A stretch of 64,000 nucleotides of DNA from Promethearchaeota archaeon (GCA_019058445.1 JAHPZA010000009.1:352001-416000); one strand, 5' to 3'. Shown: positions 30,759 to 41,506, counted from the stretch's first letter. Notes: generated by a model from the letters alone, not told the origin. Program-made: numbers and translations.

Positions 30759-30841
30759 GATAAAAAATCCATTAATCTAATTAAAAATTTTAATCTAAAT
30801 AAAGAAATAAAAAATAAAAATTAAGGTTTAAGATTTTAAAA

Positions 30842-32233
30842 TTATACTTCAAGGGTTTCTTCCGGAATTGTTTTACAAATTTCTGTCAAATCAATGCCTT
30901 TTTTAGCAAGCCACTTTTTTCTTATTATATAATAGATCACAGCTCCAAGGTAAAAGCAGATAGAAATTAGAACTGCAATTGGAGAAATTAGTACCATTAA
31001 AATAATCGAGAAAATGGCGTATGCTACATTAATCACTACGCACGCTATTAAAACTTTCCTTTTTAGCTTAAATTGTGATTTCTTCATCAATTCGGGGAAT
31101 TTTTTTTCGAGTTTAAGGGGAACTGATGCGAGGACTAACGCCCCAATAGATCCTGTAAATGCTAACACAATTGATAGATCAATTATACTCGCTTGAAAGA
31201 ATAGAAGGATCAACGCGCCAGCCACAAATATGGTTATAGACCAATGAGGGGTCTTATACCTCTTGTTGAGTTTTGCAAGAAAAGAAGGAAGTAATTGATC
31301 TCGTGCAGCACTAAATAGATTTCTTGAATATGCGAGGAGAATCCCATGAATCGTTGAGGCAATAGCGATAAGAATAAGAATACTTAAAAAAATTAAAACC
31401 CATGGAGGAAAGAATAATGCCGCTACATCTACTAGATTCCCTTCTATTTCTCCTAAAGTTCTCCAATCCATATTTCCAGTCATAACGATAGATACTAATA
31501 TGTAAACAGTTGCAATTAAAAAGAAACTAATTAATAGGCCTAAAGGTATATTTTTTCTCGGATTTTTCACCTCACCCCCAATTTCGGCTACTGCTGTAAA
31601 TCCTTGATAAGAAAAACTTAATATTACAGCACCCATGAAGACACCAATAATTCCCATAGGAAACAATCCCCCACTTCCAGTGCCCCTCAATTTATTTACA
31701 TCAATATGGGGTAATCCAAATATAATGAAAATTAAAATGACCAGAAAATCACCACAAATCGCAAGCAGAATCTGAAGCCAACCAGTAAATTTAATTCCAA
31801 AAAGGTTTGTAATGTAAAATACGAGCAATATAATAATCGCAACTATTAAGAAAGAACCAGGGATAAATACCTCAAAATAAAGACCAAATCCTAAAGCTAA
31901 TAATGCCAATCCTCCCACAATATTTAATATTACTGTAGCGACCACTAGCATACCTATAAATGGAGATCCTAACCTTGAGCTATAAACCCAAGCACCTCCG
32001 CTAACTGGAAAAGCAGAAACAACATAACAAATAAGAATCGCGCCAATAACACTAGGTATACCTGCTATTATAAAGGCAAGCCATAAAGCCGGACCTGTAA
32101 CACCAGCAGTAACTCCCGTTTGAATTAATATCCCCGCACCAACGACGTATCCAAAAACGAAAAATATTACAGACCATAAACCTAATTCTCGTTGTAATTT
32201 AACTTCATTTTCAATTGAAGGTGGTTCACTCAT
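30842..32233 (-). CDS. APC-family amino acid permease
   Basis: VGAGI, PVSGG, EVKNPRKNIP and TPHWS motifs; about 12 TM helices. Confidence 0.9.
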   Translation of the reverse strand: MSEPPSIENEVKLQRELGLWSVIFFVFGYVVGAGILIQTGVTAGVTGPALWLAFIIAGIPSVIGAILICYVVSAFPVSGGAWVYSSRLGSPFIGMLVVATVILNIVGGLALLALGFGLYFEVFIPGSFLIVAIIILLVFYITNLFGIKFTGWLQILLAICGDFLVILIFIIFGLPHIDVNKLRGTGSGGLFPMGIIGVFMGAVILSFSYQGFTAVAEIGGEVKNPRKNIPLGLLISFFLIATVYILVSIVMTGNMDWRTLGEIEGNLVDVAALFFPPWVLIFLSILILIAIASTIHGILLAYSRNLFSAARDQLLPSFLAKLNKRYKTPHWSITIFVAGALILLFFQASIIDLSIVLAFTGSIGALVLASVPLKLEKKFPELMKKSQFKLKRKVLIACVVINVAYAIFSIILMVLISPIAVLISICFYLGAVIYYIIRKKWLAKKGIDLTEICKTIPEETLEV

Positions 32234-32432
32234 AGAGTTCTATCGTTGTGTATCAATTAATAACTTTTACAATCTACAGAATTGTCTAATGGTTAGCAAG
32301 CCAGTTCTTGACTCAAATCTCCTCATCAAATTAGATATTTTTATAAAATATTAAATCAATATTTTTAATACAGATTCAATTTAAATCCATAAATTATAAC
32401 ACATAAAATTAAAAGTAAATTTCGTGGTGAAA

Positions 32433-32570
32433 ATGGCTAAGTGGGAATGTCAAGCATGCGGTTATGTATACGATGAAGATGCTGAAGGAACGAAGTTTGA
32501 AGATCTCCCCGACGACTGGACTTGCCCAGTTTGTGGGGTTGGTAAAGATATGTTTGAAAAGATTAGTTAA
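32433..32570 (+). CDS. Rubredoxin (45 aa, not in track)
   Basis: [45 protein letters not shown]; preceded by SD GGTGA. Confidence 0.95.
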   Translation: MAKWECQACGYVYDEDAEGTKFEDLPDDWTCPVCGVGKDMFEKIS

Positions 32571-32991
32571 TTATCTTAATAATTAGCTTAAAATCTCCTC
32601 TTTTTTTTTATTCTTACTTCACTTTTTGATATCTATATATCTTAAATTTAGTCTATATAATACCCGCCAGAATGAAAATAGAATTAGCGTATCTCTTATA
32701 AATTATATACCGCACCTTTATATAAGTTATCATAATTTACTTATTGAGAAGGAATCAAAAAATTCATTCCTATATTGGATTTCGCCCTTGTTAGACTTTT
32801 TGGAAGTTTAACCCTCTCTTTATTTTTGCATTTTGGACTGGATTTGGATTTCCTTCTTTTCCTGTTTATTTCCTAAGAGATGAATTATAAAAAGGAGACT
32901 AGTAGTTTTCATTCAAATTTATTCGAAAAAGTAATAAATCTTTTTACCATTTTTTATTTGACAGAAGATATTTAATAGGATTGATTATATT

Positions 32992-33213
32992 ATGACAAAA
33001 ATTGGAATTTGTTCGATTTGTGGAGAGAAAGCGAGAATTTTTCAATGTTTGAATGGAGAATGTAAAAAATGGGTTTGCCTTGATTGTTCTAATGAATATA
33101 TTGCTCCTATGATTGAGTATTACTACAAAACTGAATCCTTGCCTATATTAAAATGTCCTAGCTGTGGAAGTAATTTGGATAAAACTTCGACAGAAGATAT
33201 CATTTTTCGATGA
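32992..33213 (+). CDS. Small Cys-rich zinc-finger protein
   Basis: CxxC, CxxxxC, CxxC and CxxC (8 Cys). Confidence 0.6.
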   Translation: MTKIGICSICGEKARIFQCLNGECKKWVCLDCSNEYIAPMIEYYYKTESLPILKCPSCGSNLDKTSTEDIIFR

Positions 33214-33280
33214 GTTGAAATCTTAGCTCTTTTATTTTATCTTTTATTATTAAAAATAAAACTCCCACCTAAAAAAGAAA

Positions 33281-33700
33281 ATGAGATTTCTTTCATTTCA
33301 CTGTGAATATTTCAAATATAAAGCGACTAAAAGAAGCCGCTCAAAAATTTTTGAGGAATTAACCAGTGAAAACACAGAAAATGAGCTTCAAAATGTGATT
33401 GTACTCTTTATAAGTATAGAAAAACAAGATGAAAGCAGACAGGACGTTATTGAAAAGGGCATACATGAAATAGAGAAAATCATTAATCAACTGAAAGTTT
33501 CTAATATCGTATTACTCTCGTTTGCTCATCTTTTTGGAAAATTAAGTTCTCCTGAATTTGGTTTGAAGGCATTAAAAAAATTAGAAGATTTACTAAGAGA
33601 AAGAGATTTCACGGTTATTAGACCACCTTTTGGTTGGTTTAATGAACTTGAGATGAAAGCCAAGGGTCATCCTCTATCAAGAATTTCCCGAATTATTTAG
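33281..33700 (+). CDS. Stand-alone archaeal-type ThrRS editing domain protein
   Basis: SFHCEYF, FAHL, PFGW and KGHPLS motifs. Confidence 0.85.
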   Translation: MRFLSFHCEYFKYKATKRSRSKIFEELTSENTENELQNVIVLFISIEKQDESRQDVIEKGIHEIEKIINQLKVSNIVLLSFAHLFGKLSSPEFGLKALKKLEDLLRERDFTVIRPPFGWFNELEMKAKGHPLSRISRII

Positions 33701-33727
33701 ACCAGTATTAAGTCCTTTAAGTTCAAA

Positions 33728-33955
33728 TTAGTAAATAAAAACTCTAAATAACCAATATAGTAAATATAGCGCTCCAAGAACGGCAAATAATATTCTTAGT
33801 TTTGATAAATATAGACGCTTACCAGTTTTCTCATAAGTTGTAAACAAATCAGATGAGTGAGTAGCTTCACAGTCGAAACACTTAAAGTTTTGAGAGTCTT
33901 GATCGAAACCTATTTTACCGCCGCAAACTACGCATTTTCCTTGTTTTTTTTTCAT
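33728..33955 (-). CDS. Zinc-ribbon protein with a C-terminal TM anchor
   Basis: CVVC...CFDC followed by a hydrophobic tail. Confidence 0.6.
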   Translation of the reverse strand: MKKKQGKCVVCGGKIGFDQDSQNFKCFDCEATHSSDLFTTYEKTGKRLYLSKLRILFAVLGALYLLYWLFRVFIY

Positions 33956-34266
33956 ATTAATCCCTTATTAAAGAATTTTTTTTAACCAAAAAAGCAGATG
34001 TAAAAAAACTATATTATGTTCATAAATGTAAATTGTAATAAAATTGATTCGATTTTCTTGAATGAAATTAGTTGAGTCTTTATACTTTTCTCTTTATAAA
34101 TATCAAAGACGATTAATAACACAAATTATACATAGAAAACGAAATATATATTATCTTTCGTAAAACGCAAAGCTCATAGTGACATATAAGGATAAAATTT
34201 AAAAGAGTATCAAATAAACATTTATTAATCAAATAGAGAATTGGATCAGAAAAAAAACATAAACTT

Positions 34267-34386
34267 GACTCCTGCCACACCCTGGATTTTTGTCTTTTGG
34301 TTAGTGTAAGTTTTTACACTCTGATTTTGCCCTACTGATCCTATAATTTTATAGACCTTGTATTGAGGTCGCCGTTGGCAGGGGTC
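34267..34386 (+). ncRNA. Candidate structured non-coding RNA (120 nt)
   Basis: Terminal 11-bp stem GACTCCTGCCA/TGGCAGGGGTC with one G-U pair, three internal hairpins, GC-richer than its flanks, TATA-like TTTATTAA at 34221. Confidence 0.45.
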
Positions 34387-34513
34387 TCCTTTATATTTAT
34401 TAGTAAAATTTAGATTCTTAGAAACTTAAATCCGATATTCTTTCATTTTTGTCATTTTTTTTTTAAATATATACCACTCTAATGAAATATAAAGAAGAGA
34501 AAGTTGATTTGTT

Positions 34514-34825
34514 ATGGCTATATCATCAAAAAGGAAAGAAAATTATGGAGATTTGAAACAAAATGTAAAACATATGCAAGTTTGCCCATTATGTAAAGAA
34601 AAATTTGAAATTGGGATTGAATCTAATACTTTAAAAGAATTATCTGAATATGGTAAATTTCCCTATCCTCATATTCACTTACATGGTAATCCCCTTCATG
34701 CGATGCTGTGTTATATAGATAAAAATCTAACCGTAAGAAGTGTAGGAGTAATAAATAGCGTAGAAATCTCGAGAAATATTGATACATTCCAGCAACTCAT
34801 GATGAAGTGGGCAAATCCATACTAA
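34514..34825 (+). CDS. Hypothetical protein (CxxC...HxHxH)
   Basis: 103-aa ORF with CPLC and YPHIHLHGNPLHA. Confidence 0.65.
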   Translation: MAISSKRKENYGDLKQNVKHMQVCPLCKEKFEIGIESNTLKELSEYGKFPYPHIHLHGNPLHAMLCYIDKNLTVRSVGVINSVEISRNIDTFQQLMMKWANPY

Positions 34826-34988
34826 ATTGAAGGGTAATAGCAACTGCTATTGCCAATAATGACAACGACTTATTATATATTACCCAAAAAGGTTTATTAT
34901 ACTAAGTATACATTACTTTATCAAAACAGTTTATTTATTCGAAATAGAATTGGAATATTATAGCTAATACCCTTTTGGTGTCCCTTTA

Positions 34989-36191
34989 TTGAGTCAGATT
35001 TCACCTACTAACCTCTATGAATTATATAAAGAAAAGAAAATTAATAAAAGAGAATTTCTAAATCGAACCATTACTATCTATGAAATTTCAGATTCAGAAA
35101 AAATTCGATTAGAATGCTTGAAAATCATTAACCTTGCAGATATAAAATCTGAAAAACTCTTTAAGTTTTTGGAAGAAATAATCATTGCTGATCCTGAGAT
35201 TGAGATAAGATTAAACGCAACCAGTTTAGTTCTGAAAAAATTTCCTAATAGCGGTTTTAATTTAGTAAACTATTTATTTAATAGTAGTGAACCCAAGGAA
35301 TTTATCATCAGAGTTGCCAAAATTATTGCTGAAGCAATGGTATCATCAGATAATAATATTACGAGCGAAGTTTCTAATTCCTTGAAATCTTTGATTCTTA
35401 AAATCTTTGAAAATGGAGATGTGAAAAGTTTTGAGATCTTATGGGGTGACTGGTTTCATAAAATTCATGAGGGATTTTGGGAATTTCTACTGGAAATAAC
35501 AGAGCCAATTGGGCTATTAGAGTTAATGGATTATTTCATCTCAAATTATGAAATTTATGATTGGTTCTATAATTCTCTACTGGTTAAATATAATTTCGAG
35601 CAATGGGTCTCCTTTCTTAATAATTCAAGGTTTTCAGGTCGATTCTTTTATATCATATCCTTTTTAGAAGAAAAAAAACCATCAACACGCTTTTACCAAA
35701 TTATTGATTTTTTTAAAGATATGGGAGCAAATTTGTCGCAATCTCAAATGAGTCTCATTAAGGATATTATTAAGAAAAACAATCAATATAGTCTCGTATT
35801 AGCTTTAATTTTCCATTGGTTTCACAATTTTAATATAGTTTCTTTAAAAGAGATTTTAGAAGATTCTGATTTGAAATTTATTCTTAAAATTGCTGAATTG
35901 ATAAAAAATCCTAAATTTGGATTCATTACGTATGATGATTTTTTATTTTCAGTAATTTCATTACTATTAAAAGCAAGTGAAGAAATTAATGAAAACTATT
36001 TTTTACTTTTTTTTCAGAACATTCCACTAGGATTAAAAAGAAGTATGACATCAAAATTATTGGATATTATAAATCCCACACAATCATATGAAAATACTGA
36101 AAAAGATAATTTTTATAAAACAAAATTTGAAGTTGCAGATAAAATTCTTGGACTATTGTCAAAATATTATGACATTAATTCATTTACGTAA
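34989..36191 (+). CDS. Hypothetical helical protein with a HEAT-like N-terminus
   Basis: 400-aa ORF; SDSEKIRLECL and DPEIEIRLNA units. Confidence 0.6.
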   Translation: MSQISPTNLYELYKEKKINKREFLNRTITIYEISDSEKIRLECLKIINLADIKSEKLFKFLEEIIIADPEIEIRLNATSLVLKKFPNSGFNLVNYLFNSSEPKEFIIRVAKIIAEAMVSSDNNITSEVSNSLKSLILKIFENGDVKSFEILWGDWFHKIHEGFWEFLLEITEPIGLLELMDYFISNYEIYDWFYNSLLVKYNFEQWVSFLNNSRFSGRFFYIISFLEEKKPSTRFYQIIDFFKDMGANLSQSQMSLIKDIIKKNNQYSLVLALIFHWFHNFNIVSLKEILEDSDLKFILKIAELIKNPKFGFITYDDFLFSVISLLLKASEEINENYFLLFFQNIPLGLKRSMTSKLLDIINPTQSYENTEKDNFYKTKFEVADKILGLLSKYYDINSFT

Positions 36192-36337
36192 TAAACTTCT
36201 TTTTATTTAACCTAAAGTCCTCTTTCAAAATTTAAGTATAAAAACTACGACAAAAAAAATCTGAAATCTTACAGGCTATTTTTCTTTAAAAACTTTCAGT
36301 TAATATTAATATCAAAAAAAAAGTTTAAGATAAAATT

Positions 36338-36574
36338 ATGAGTTCAGGATCAGTAAAAAGTAATAATAAAGGATTTATTGAAAGTAGTCTTGCTCTTGAA
36401 AGCAAAAAAAAAAAATCATATTATGGATTATCAGGCGCAATTATCTCATTCTCAAGCCTTTCTAATAAAGAACAAACTATTGATGGTTATTTAATCGCGA
36501 AAAATATCCCATTTACAGAATTAGATCCAGAATTAAAGCAAATTTTAAGACAAGAATTTACAGATACTCGTTGA
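36338..36574 (+). CDS. Hypothetical protein
   Basis: 78-aa ORF with an ATG start. Confidence 0.45.
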   Translation: MSSGSVKSNNKGFIESSLALESKKKKSYYGLSGAIISFSSLSNKEQTIDGYLIAKNIPFTELDPELKQILRQEFTDTR

Positions 36575-36623
36575 GATCTAAAAAATATATAAAAATGGTT
36601 GAATAGGTAATTTCAGTTTTGAT

Positions 36624-37088
36624 CTAATCAACATCCACCGCAATTCCACACTTATTACATCTTTTTGCTCCTCGAAATAATGGATTGCCACAATCAGGGC
36701 AATGATATCTTTTTTCTTCAGACTCAACCCATTTTTCAGTTCCAATCTCCCGCCATGTTGGAATAGCCCTAAGAACTACTTTTTTACCTACTTGAATTGG
36801 GAAATTTTCGATGAATTTACAAGGAAAATCATCACATTGATGGCAACCTTCAATACCTTTATCTTGAGAGCAAGTCTTAATAGGGCATCTTCTGCATACA
36901 GGAAATACAATACCATCGCTAAGACACCCCGTACAAGCGATATCTTCCTCAGATTTTGCGAAAGCTTTATAGATGGGCAATAAAAGTTTCTTAAATTTTA
37001 AATTATTTTCCCTATGGGCAATATAAATTGAGCATACACCACAATACAACCCACACGGAGCCAAGAGTTCCTTTTTAACATCCACCAT
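36624..37088 (-). CDS. DUF3795-like Cys-rich protein
   Basis: APCGLYCGVC, CTGC and CHQCDDFPC motifs; C-terminal zinc ribbon. Confidence 0.8.
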   Translation of the reverse strand: MVDVKKELLAPCGLYCGVCSIYIAHRENNLKFKKLLLPIYKAFAKSEEDIACTGCLSDGIVFPVCRRCPIKTCSQDKGIEGCHQCDDFPCKFIENFPIQVGKKVVLRAIPTWREIGTEKWVESEEKRYHCPDCGNPLFRGAKRCNKCGIAVDVD

Positions 37089-37237
37089 AATAAATCTCTT
37101 TATTCTTTAATTACATGGGATAATTCATACTATAAATTAAAACTTTCAAAATGAGAATAATTCATGATTAACTCATAGCTAGAATCGTATTTTTAACTTG
37201 ATTTCAGCCGTTTCAAAAAATAAGATATATCATTGGA

Positions 37238-37270
37238 TAAAAAAAGGTGTTTGAGGGAAACTCAAACACC
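37238..37270 (-). terminator. Hairpin plus U-tract terminator downstream of the TFB-like gene
   Basis: Perfect 10-bp stem GGTGTTTGAG/CTCAAACACC followed by T8 on the minus strand. Confidence 0.6.
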
Positions 37271-37345
37271 CATGCCACACCCTTTTTTATTTTCCTTCTC
37301 GTATAATTTTAAGCATTAATATTTTTTGATATCCTAAAGATTAAA

Positions 37346-38683
37346 TTATTTATAATGAGAAGGCTCTTTATTTGCTAAAGATTTTAATAATTCTAGGTCA
37401 TATAATTCGCGTTCTTTATTTTCAAGTGTATACGCATCAGAAGAATGAGCGATTTGTTGAATATTAAACCCAATAGAACGATTAAAACAATTCAAAAAGA
37501 GATACTTAGGAAAGCCATTATTATTTTTTAAAGAATTGGAATGATAATCAACATAATTAAAAAAATCAGGCTTTTCTTTTAAGTTACTTAATTTAGGTTT
37601 AACCTTACTTGATTGAATCTCTGTTTTATCGTTAATTTTCTTTTCCCATAGGGTACTATTCGCTTCTAGAAGTCCCTTTTTTTCCATAACTTGTTTCAAT
37701 AAATCGGCTGATTTTATAAGAGTTGTAAATCCCGAAATTTTGAATTCATTAAAAATCCTCCTTTTTACTTGAGATTGAATTGTACTCATTTTAATTCCTA
37801 ATTTATTACAAATTGAACTCACTGAAACATTTTTATCTTCGTAAGAACACAATATTGAAATAGAGGCAATTAATCCTGCTATCACATCATCCTTTGTATT
37901 CTTTATATTATCCCATAATTTGTACAATATTTTCTTACATTGAAAATAAAAGGTCATTCCTAGCTGAAAATGTTCAGAAATCTCTGTAAGCTTCTGCAAA
38001 ATATATTTCTTTCTGTTTCTTACTTGATATTGTGGAAAAATATGGAGGATTTGAAGCTTAAACGCATTAAAGTCTTTTTTTAAAATTTTAGAAATTTCTA
38101 ATAATTCAGCCTCATTTATCGATACATTTTGAAATTTAAAAACTAAGTAGATTGTTAGTGGAACTAGTTTATCAGGAGTTCGATATTTCGTTCCAGGCTT
38201 AAGAGCGGCACGGATTTTTTTAAAGTTTTTAAATACCATTCCCTTTAAAGATACAGGTAAATTTAAGCCCGTAAAAATCCTATTTATTTCGATTTTTGCT
38301 TCTTCTAAAACCGCTTCTTTATTACTTTTAATGGATTGAAGTTTATTCAATTTTTCTAGTTGAACTGATCTTTCATTTTGGAGTCGTTCCCTGATAAAAC
38401 CTATTTGTGTGGTTCCTAATTTTGCATATTGAACACTATCATAATTATAAGGATTATGATATTCCAGTTTTTGAAGCTCTAAAACGATTCCACAGTTCTT
38501 ACAAACATATCCTTCTTTTGTTTCTAATATATCAACAGACTTACACACATCACAAGATAATTCAGTGAAAATTTGAGATGATTTTTTATCTTTTGAATTG
38601 ATATATTGATGTTTATCAGGGTTATGATTAAGATTTTTTTTTAGTTCTTTCGAAGCCAATTTTATATCACTATTTTTTCTCAT
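37346..38683 (-). CDS. Divergent TFIIB/TFB-like protein
   Basis: Zinc ribbon CDVC...GYVCKNCGIVL, then two cyclin-like helical repeats ending in HTH-like SVSSICNKLGIKMSTI. Confidence 0.7.
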   Translation of the reverse strand: MRKNSDIKLASKELKKNLNHNPDKHQYINSKDKKSSQIFTELSCDVCKSVDILETKEGYVCKNCGIVLELQKLEYHNPYNYDSVQYAKLGTTQIGFIRERLQNERSVQLEKLNKLQSIKSNKEAVLEEAKIEINRIFTGLNLPVSLKGMVFKNFKKIRAALKPGTKYRTPDKLVPLTIYLVFKFQNVSINEAELLEISKILKKDFNAFKLQILHIFPQYQVRNRKKYILQKLTEISEHFQLGMTFYFQCKKILYKLWDNIKNTKDDVIAGLIASISILCSYEDKNVSVSSICNKLGIKMSTIQSQVKRRIFNEFKISGFTTLIKSADLLKQVMEKKGLLEANSTLWEKKINDKTEIQSSKVKPKLSNLKEKPDFFNYVDYHSNSLKNNNGFPKYLFLNCFNRSIGFNIQQIAHSSDAYTLENKERELYDLELLKSLANKEPSHYK

Positions 38684-39075
38684 TAGTTGAAATAATAAAG
38701 GTAGGATTGTGGCTTTTAAATCCTTCTTTTTTTGAAAAAAATTAATTTAAAATATAACTTAAATTTGAGATCACATTGTTTATATGAAATTATTCACTTA
38801 ATTTCCTATTTTGAATAATATGATAAGCGAATTAATAAATCTGAGAGAATATGTAGAAGGTTAAAAATTTGATCTCTAGAATCAAATTGCAAATCCAAGG
38901 GTATATTGATCACTCCCAAAAATTAAAAGCTTGGAAAAAAGATTTAAACCCTTCTCCTTAAAATCTTAAAGTATATATTGCTAAGGGAAAGAATTTTGAG
39001 AACTTCTATAAGATCTGGCAATAAATTGAGCCTTATTTTAATTATATGTTTTTTAGATTCGAAAATCAATAGATT

Positions 39076-39834
39076 TCATGATATAATCTTAAATAAATCT
39101 TTTAAGTTTGAGATTTTTTGTACATCTCTAAATAATGAGTTATATGGATCAGCCTTGGTTGACGGTTGGTTAGCCTTGTAATCTGTAAATAAACGATCTT
39201 GATCTAATTGCGCTCTTTGAATTAAAATAGGCATGATACGTGCCGCTTTAGCTCCCTGAATATCCTCTGGTGCATCTCCGATGTAGACGATTTCATCATT
39301 TCGAAGTTGTAATTCTTCAAGTGCTAAGAAAAAAATACCTGGATCTGGTTTCTTTATTCCAACCTCACCAGAAATAACTATGGAATCGAAATAACTATAA
39401 AGATTCATACTTTGCAGGACATAATAAATATGAGGCGGATAATCAAAATTCGAAATGAGTGCGATTTTTTTATTTTTCTTAAATTCTTTTAATACGGGAA
39501 TTGTATCTGGATCGAGAGAAACATATTTATGCCAAGCATTTAAACAAGAATTCGCCGTAAATGCAAGCTCATCATTATTTAAATTTAAGCCTAATTCATG
39601 ACAAAGTCTCTGGATTCTCCTTTCATAAGTGGTCAGACCATCATTTTTCAGAGGAGGGACCTTTTTTTTAAAAAATCCATCACATTTGGTTGAAAATGAT
39701 TCAAATGACATATTTAATCCGTGATTCTGCAGATTATTATAAAAAGCTAAAATCCAATCAGCCCAAGCTTTTGGATTGTCATTATAAATCATAAGTGTTC
39801 CGTATAAATCAAAAAAGATTCCTTTAACCTTCAT
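39076..39834 (-). CDS. HAD-family hydrolase
   Basis: FDLYGTL, ISN, KPDP and GDAPEDIQGA motifs. Confidence 0.9.
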   Translation of the reverse strand: MKVKGIFFDLYGTLMIYNDNPKAWADWILAFYNNLQNHGLNMSFESFSTKCDGFFKKKVPPLKNDGLTTYERRIQRLCHELGLNLNNDELAFTANSCLNAWHKYVSLDPDTIPVLKEFKKNKKIALISNFDYPPHIYYVLQSMNLYSYFDSIVISGEVGIKKPDPGIFFLALEELQLRNDEIVYIGDAPEDIQGAKAARIMPILIQRAQLDQDRLFTDYKANQPSTKADPYNSLFRDVQKISNLKDLFKIIS

Positions 39835-40106
39835 TTTCCTTTATGTACATTTTATTGTTTAATATGCGATGAGATTAAACAATAATTCTTAGAGTATTTT
39901 ATAAATTTTTCCTTTAAATAGAACGAAATTATAGATATTTCAACAAAATGAGAAATAAACTAAATTTATCTGTTATTAGATTTTACCACAGAATCTTTAC
40001 TTCTTCATTCTAATATATATTTTTTTGAGCATAATTAGGTTTATTTCTCTATTTCTTCTTTTTCCTTTAAATAAATCGGATTGAATTTATTTTTAAAATA
40101 TATACT

Positions 40107-41342
40107 ATGCGTGAATTGAAAATGTCAGATATTAGTCAAATTAAAGGCATTAATGCTCGACAGATAAAATTATTACAAGAAAATGGAGTAAGTACTGCTG
40201 AAGCGTTAGCAATGTCTCCTATTAATGTGGTTTCAGATATTGACGGATTAGGGGAAAAATCAGCGAAAAAACTCATATGGAATGCTAGAAATGCTTTGGG
40301 GATGACTGATTTTACGAAAGCTTCAGAGATCGATGAAAATACTGAATATTTTACTACAGGCTCATCGGAACTCAATAAAATATTAGGTGGTGGATTTCAA
40401 ACGGGGAAATTAACGGAAGTCTATGGCCCATTTAAATCGGGAAAAACGAATTTGGCACATACAATCTCGGTTACTGTTCAATTACCCAAAGAGAGAGGTG
40501 GTATTGAAGGCTCTGCTGCATATATAGATACCGAAAATACATTTTCTAAGGAAAAGATTAAAAGGATTGCGAAGAGATTTGGACTTAACCAAGACGATGT
40601 ACTTTCTAAGATATATCACGCGAGGATTTATAGTTCTGACCATCAATCTCAAATGATTATGAAAGCTGAGACTCTCTGTAAAACAAGAAATGTACGATTA
40701 ATTGTGTTAGATAGTTTGATGGCCCTTTTACGGAATGAATATGTCGGGATAGGATCACTTGCAAAAAGGCAGGGGGTGCTAAATAATATGATTCACGGTT
40801 TATCAAGGGTCGCAGAAACTTATAATTGTGCGGTATTGCTTACAAATCAAGTCGCTACAAAAATGGTGGGAATGTTTGCAGCCGATGACGCCATAGGAGG
40901 AAATATAGTAGCCCATGGCTGTCATTTTAGAGTAATGTTTAAAACCAAAGGATTTTCTTCAAATAATTCTTTAAAAAGAAGGGCAGTTATCGTTGATGCT
41001 CCTGATTTGCCACCAGAGGAATGTGAATTCTATATTACAAATGCAGGAATTGCTGATACAGATAAAGTTGATATTAGCCCCCAAGAAGTTTCAGAATTTG
41101 AATTTGAAATAGAAAAACTTTATGAGGAAAATGATGAGAACACACCTTTTACCGATATTCCATTAACAAATGTCAAAGGAATAGGGAAGGGAACAGCCGA
41201 AAACTTGATTGCAAATGGGATATCTTCAATAGAAGATTTAATATCTGTAGATCCAAATGAACTTTCAGCAAAAATAAGTGGCATCTCTTCAAATATGGTG
41301 CTTGAGTGGCAAAAATCGGCAAAAATCTTAATAAAATCTTAA
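40107..41342 (+). CDS. radA: RadA/Rad51-family recombinase paralog with an extra C-terminal HhH domain
   Basis: N-terminal HhH, Walker A GPFKSGKT, YIDTENTF, LIVLDS and TNQV; C-terminal VKGIGKGTAENL. Confidence 0.85.
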   Translation: MRELKMSDISQIKGINARQIKLLQENGVSTAEALAMSPINVVSDIDGLGEKSAKKLIWNARNALGMTDFTKASEIDENTEYFTTGSSELNKILGGGFQTGKLTEVYGPFKSGKTNLAHTISVTVQLPKERGGIEGSAAYIDTENTFSKEKIKRIAKRFGLNQDDVLSKIYHARIYSSDHQSQMIMKAETLCKTRNVRLIVLDSLMALLRNEYVGIGSLAKRQGVLNNMIHGLSRVAETYNCAVLLTNQVATKMVGMFAADDAIGGNIVAHGCHFRVMFKTKGFSSNNSLKRRAVIVDAPDLPPEECEFYITNAGIADTDKVDISPQEVSEFEFEIEKLYEENDENTPFTDIPLTNVKGIGKGTAENLIANGISSIEDLISVDPNELSAKISGISSNMVLEWQKSAKILIKS

Positions 41343-41506
41343 ATAAGAGACAATTTATACTATAGTCATTAATTTTTAAAAATTATTTATTTTAATTAAT
41401 TATAAACTATAAATAATAAAGGGTAGAAGTTTAAATAATCGTATAGTATATGTTATATTATCCAGACGAAAAGAAATCAATTTGAGTATCACAATAACCG
41501 TCAATC

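Noticed and set aside
32626-32890. ORF 32626-32811 and the adjacent pyrimidine-rich stretch
   Set aside because: No SD or motif. It may be a membrane-gene remnant, but I cannot support that.
34267-34386. 5S rRNA (similar length, 3' AGGTCGCCG)
   Set aside because: It lacks the conserved loop C CCGAAC-type motif and the 5S helix layout.
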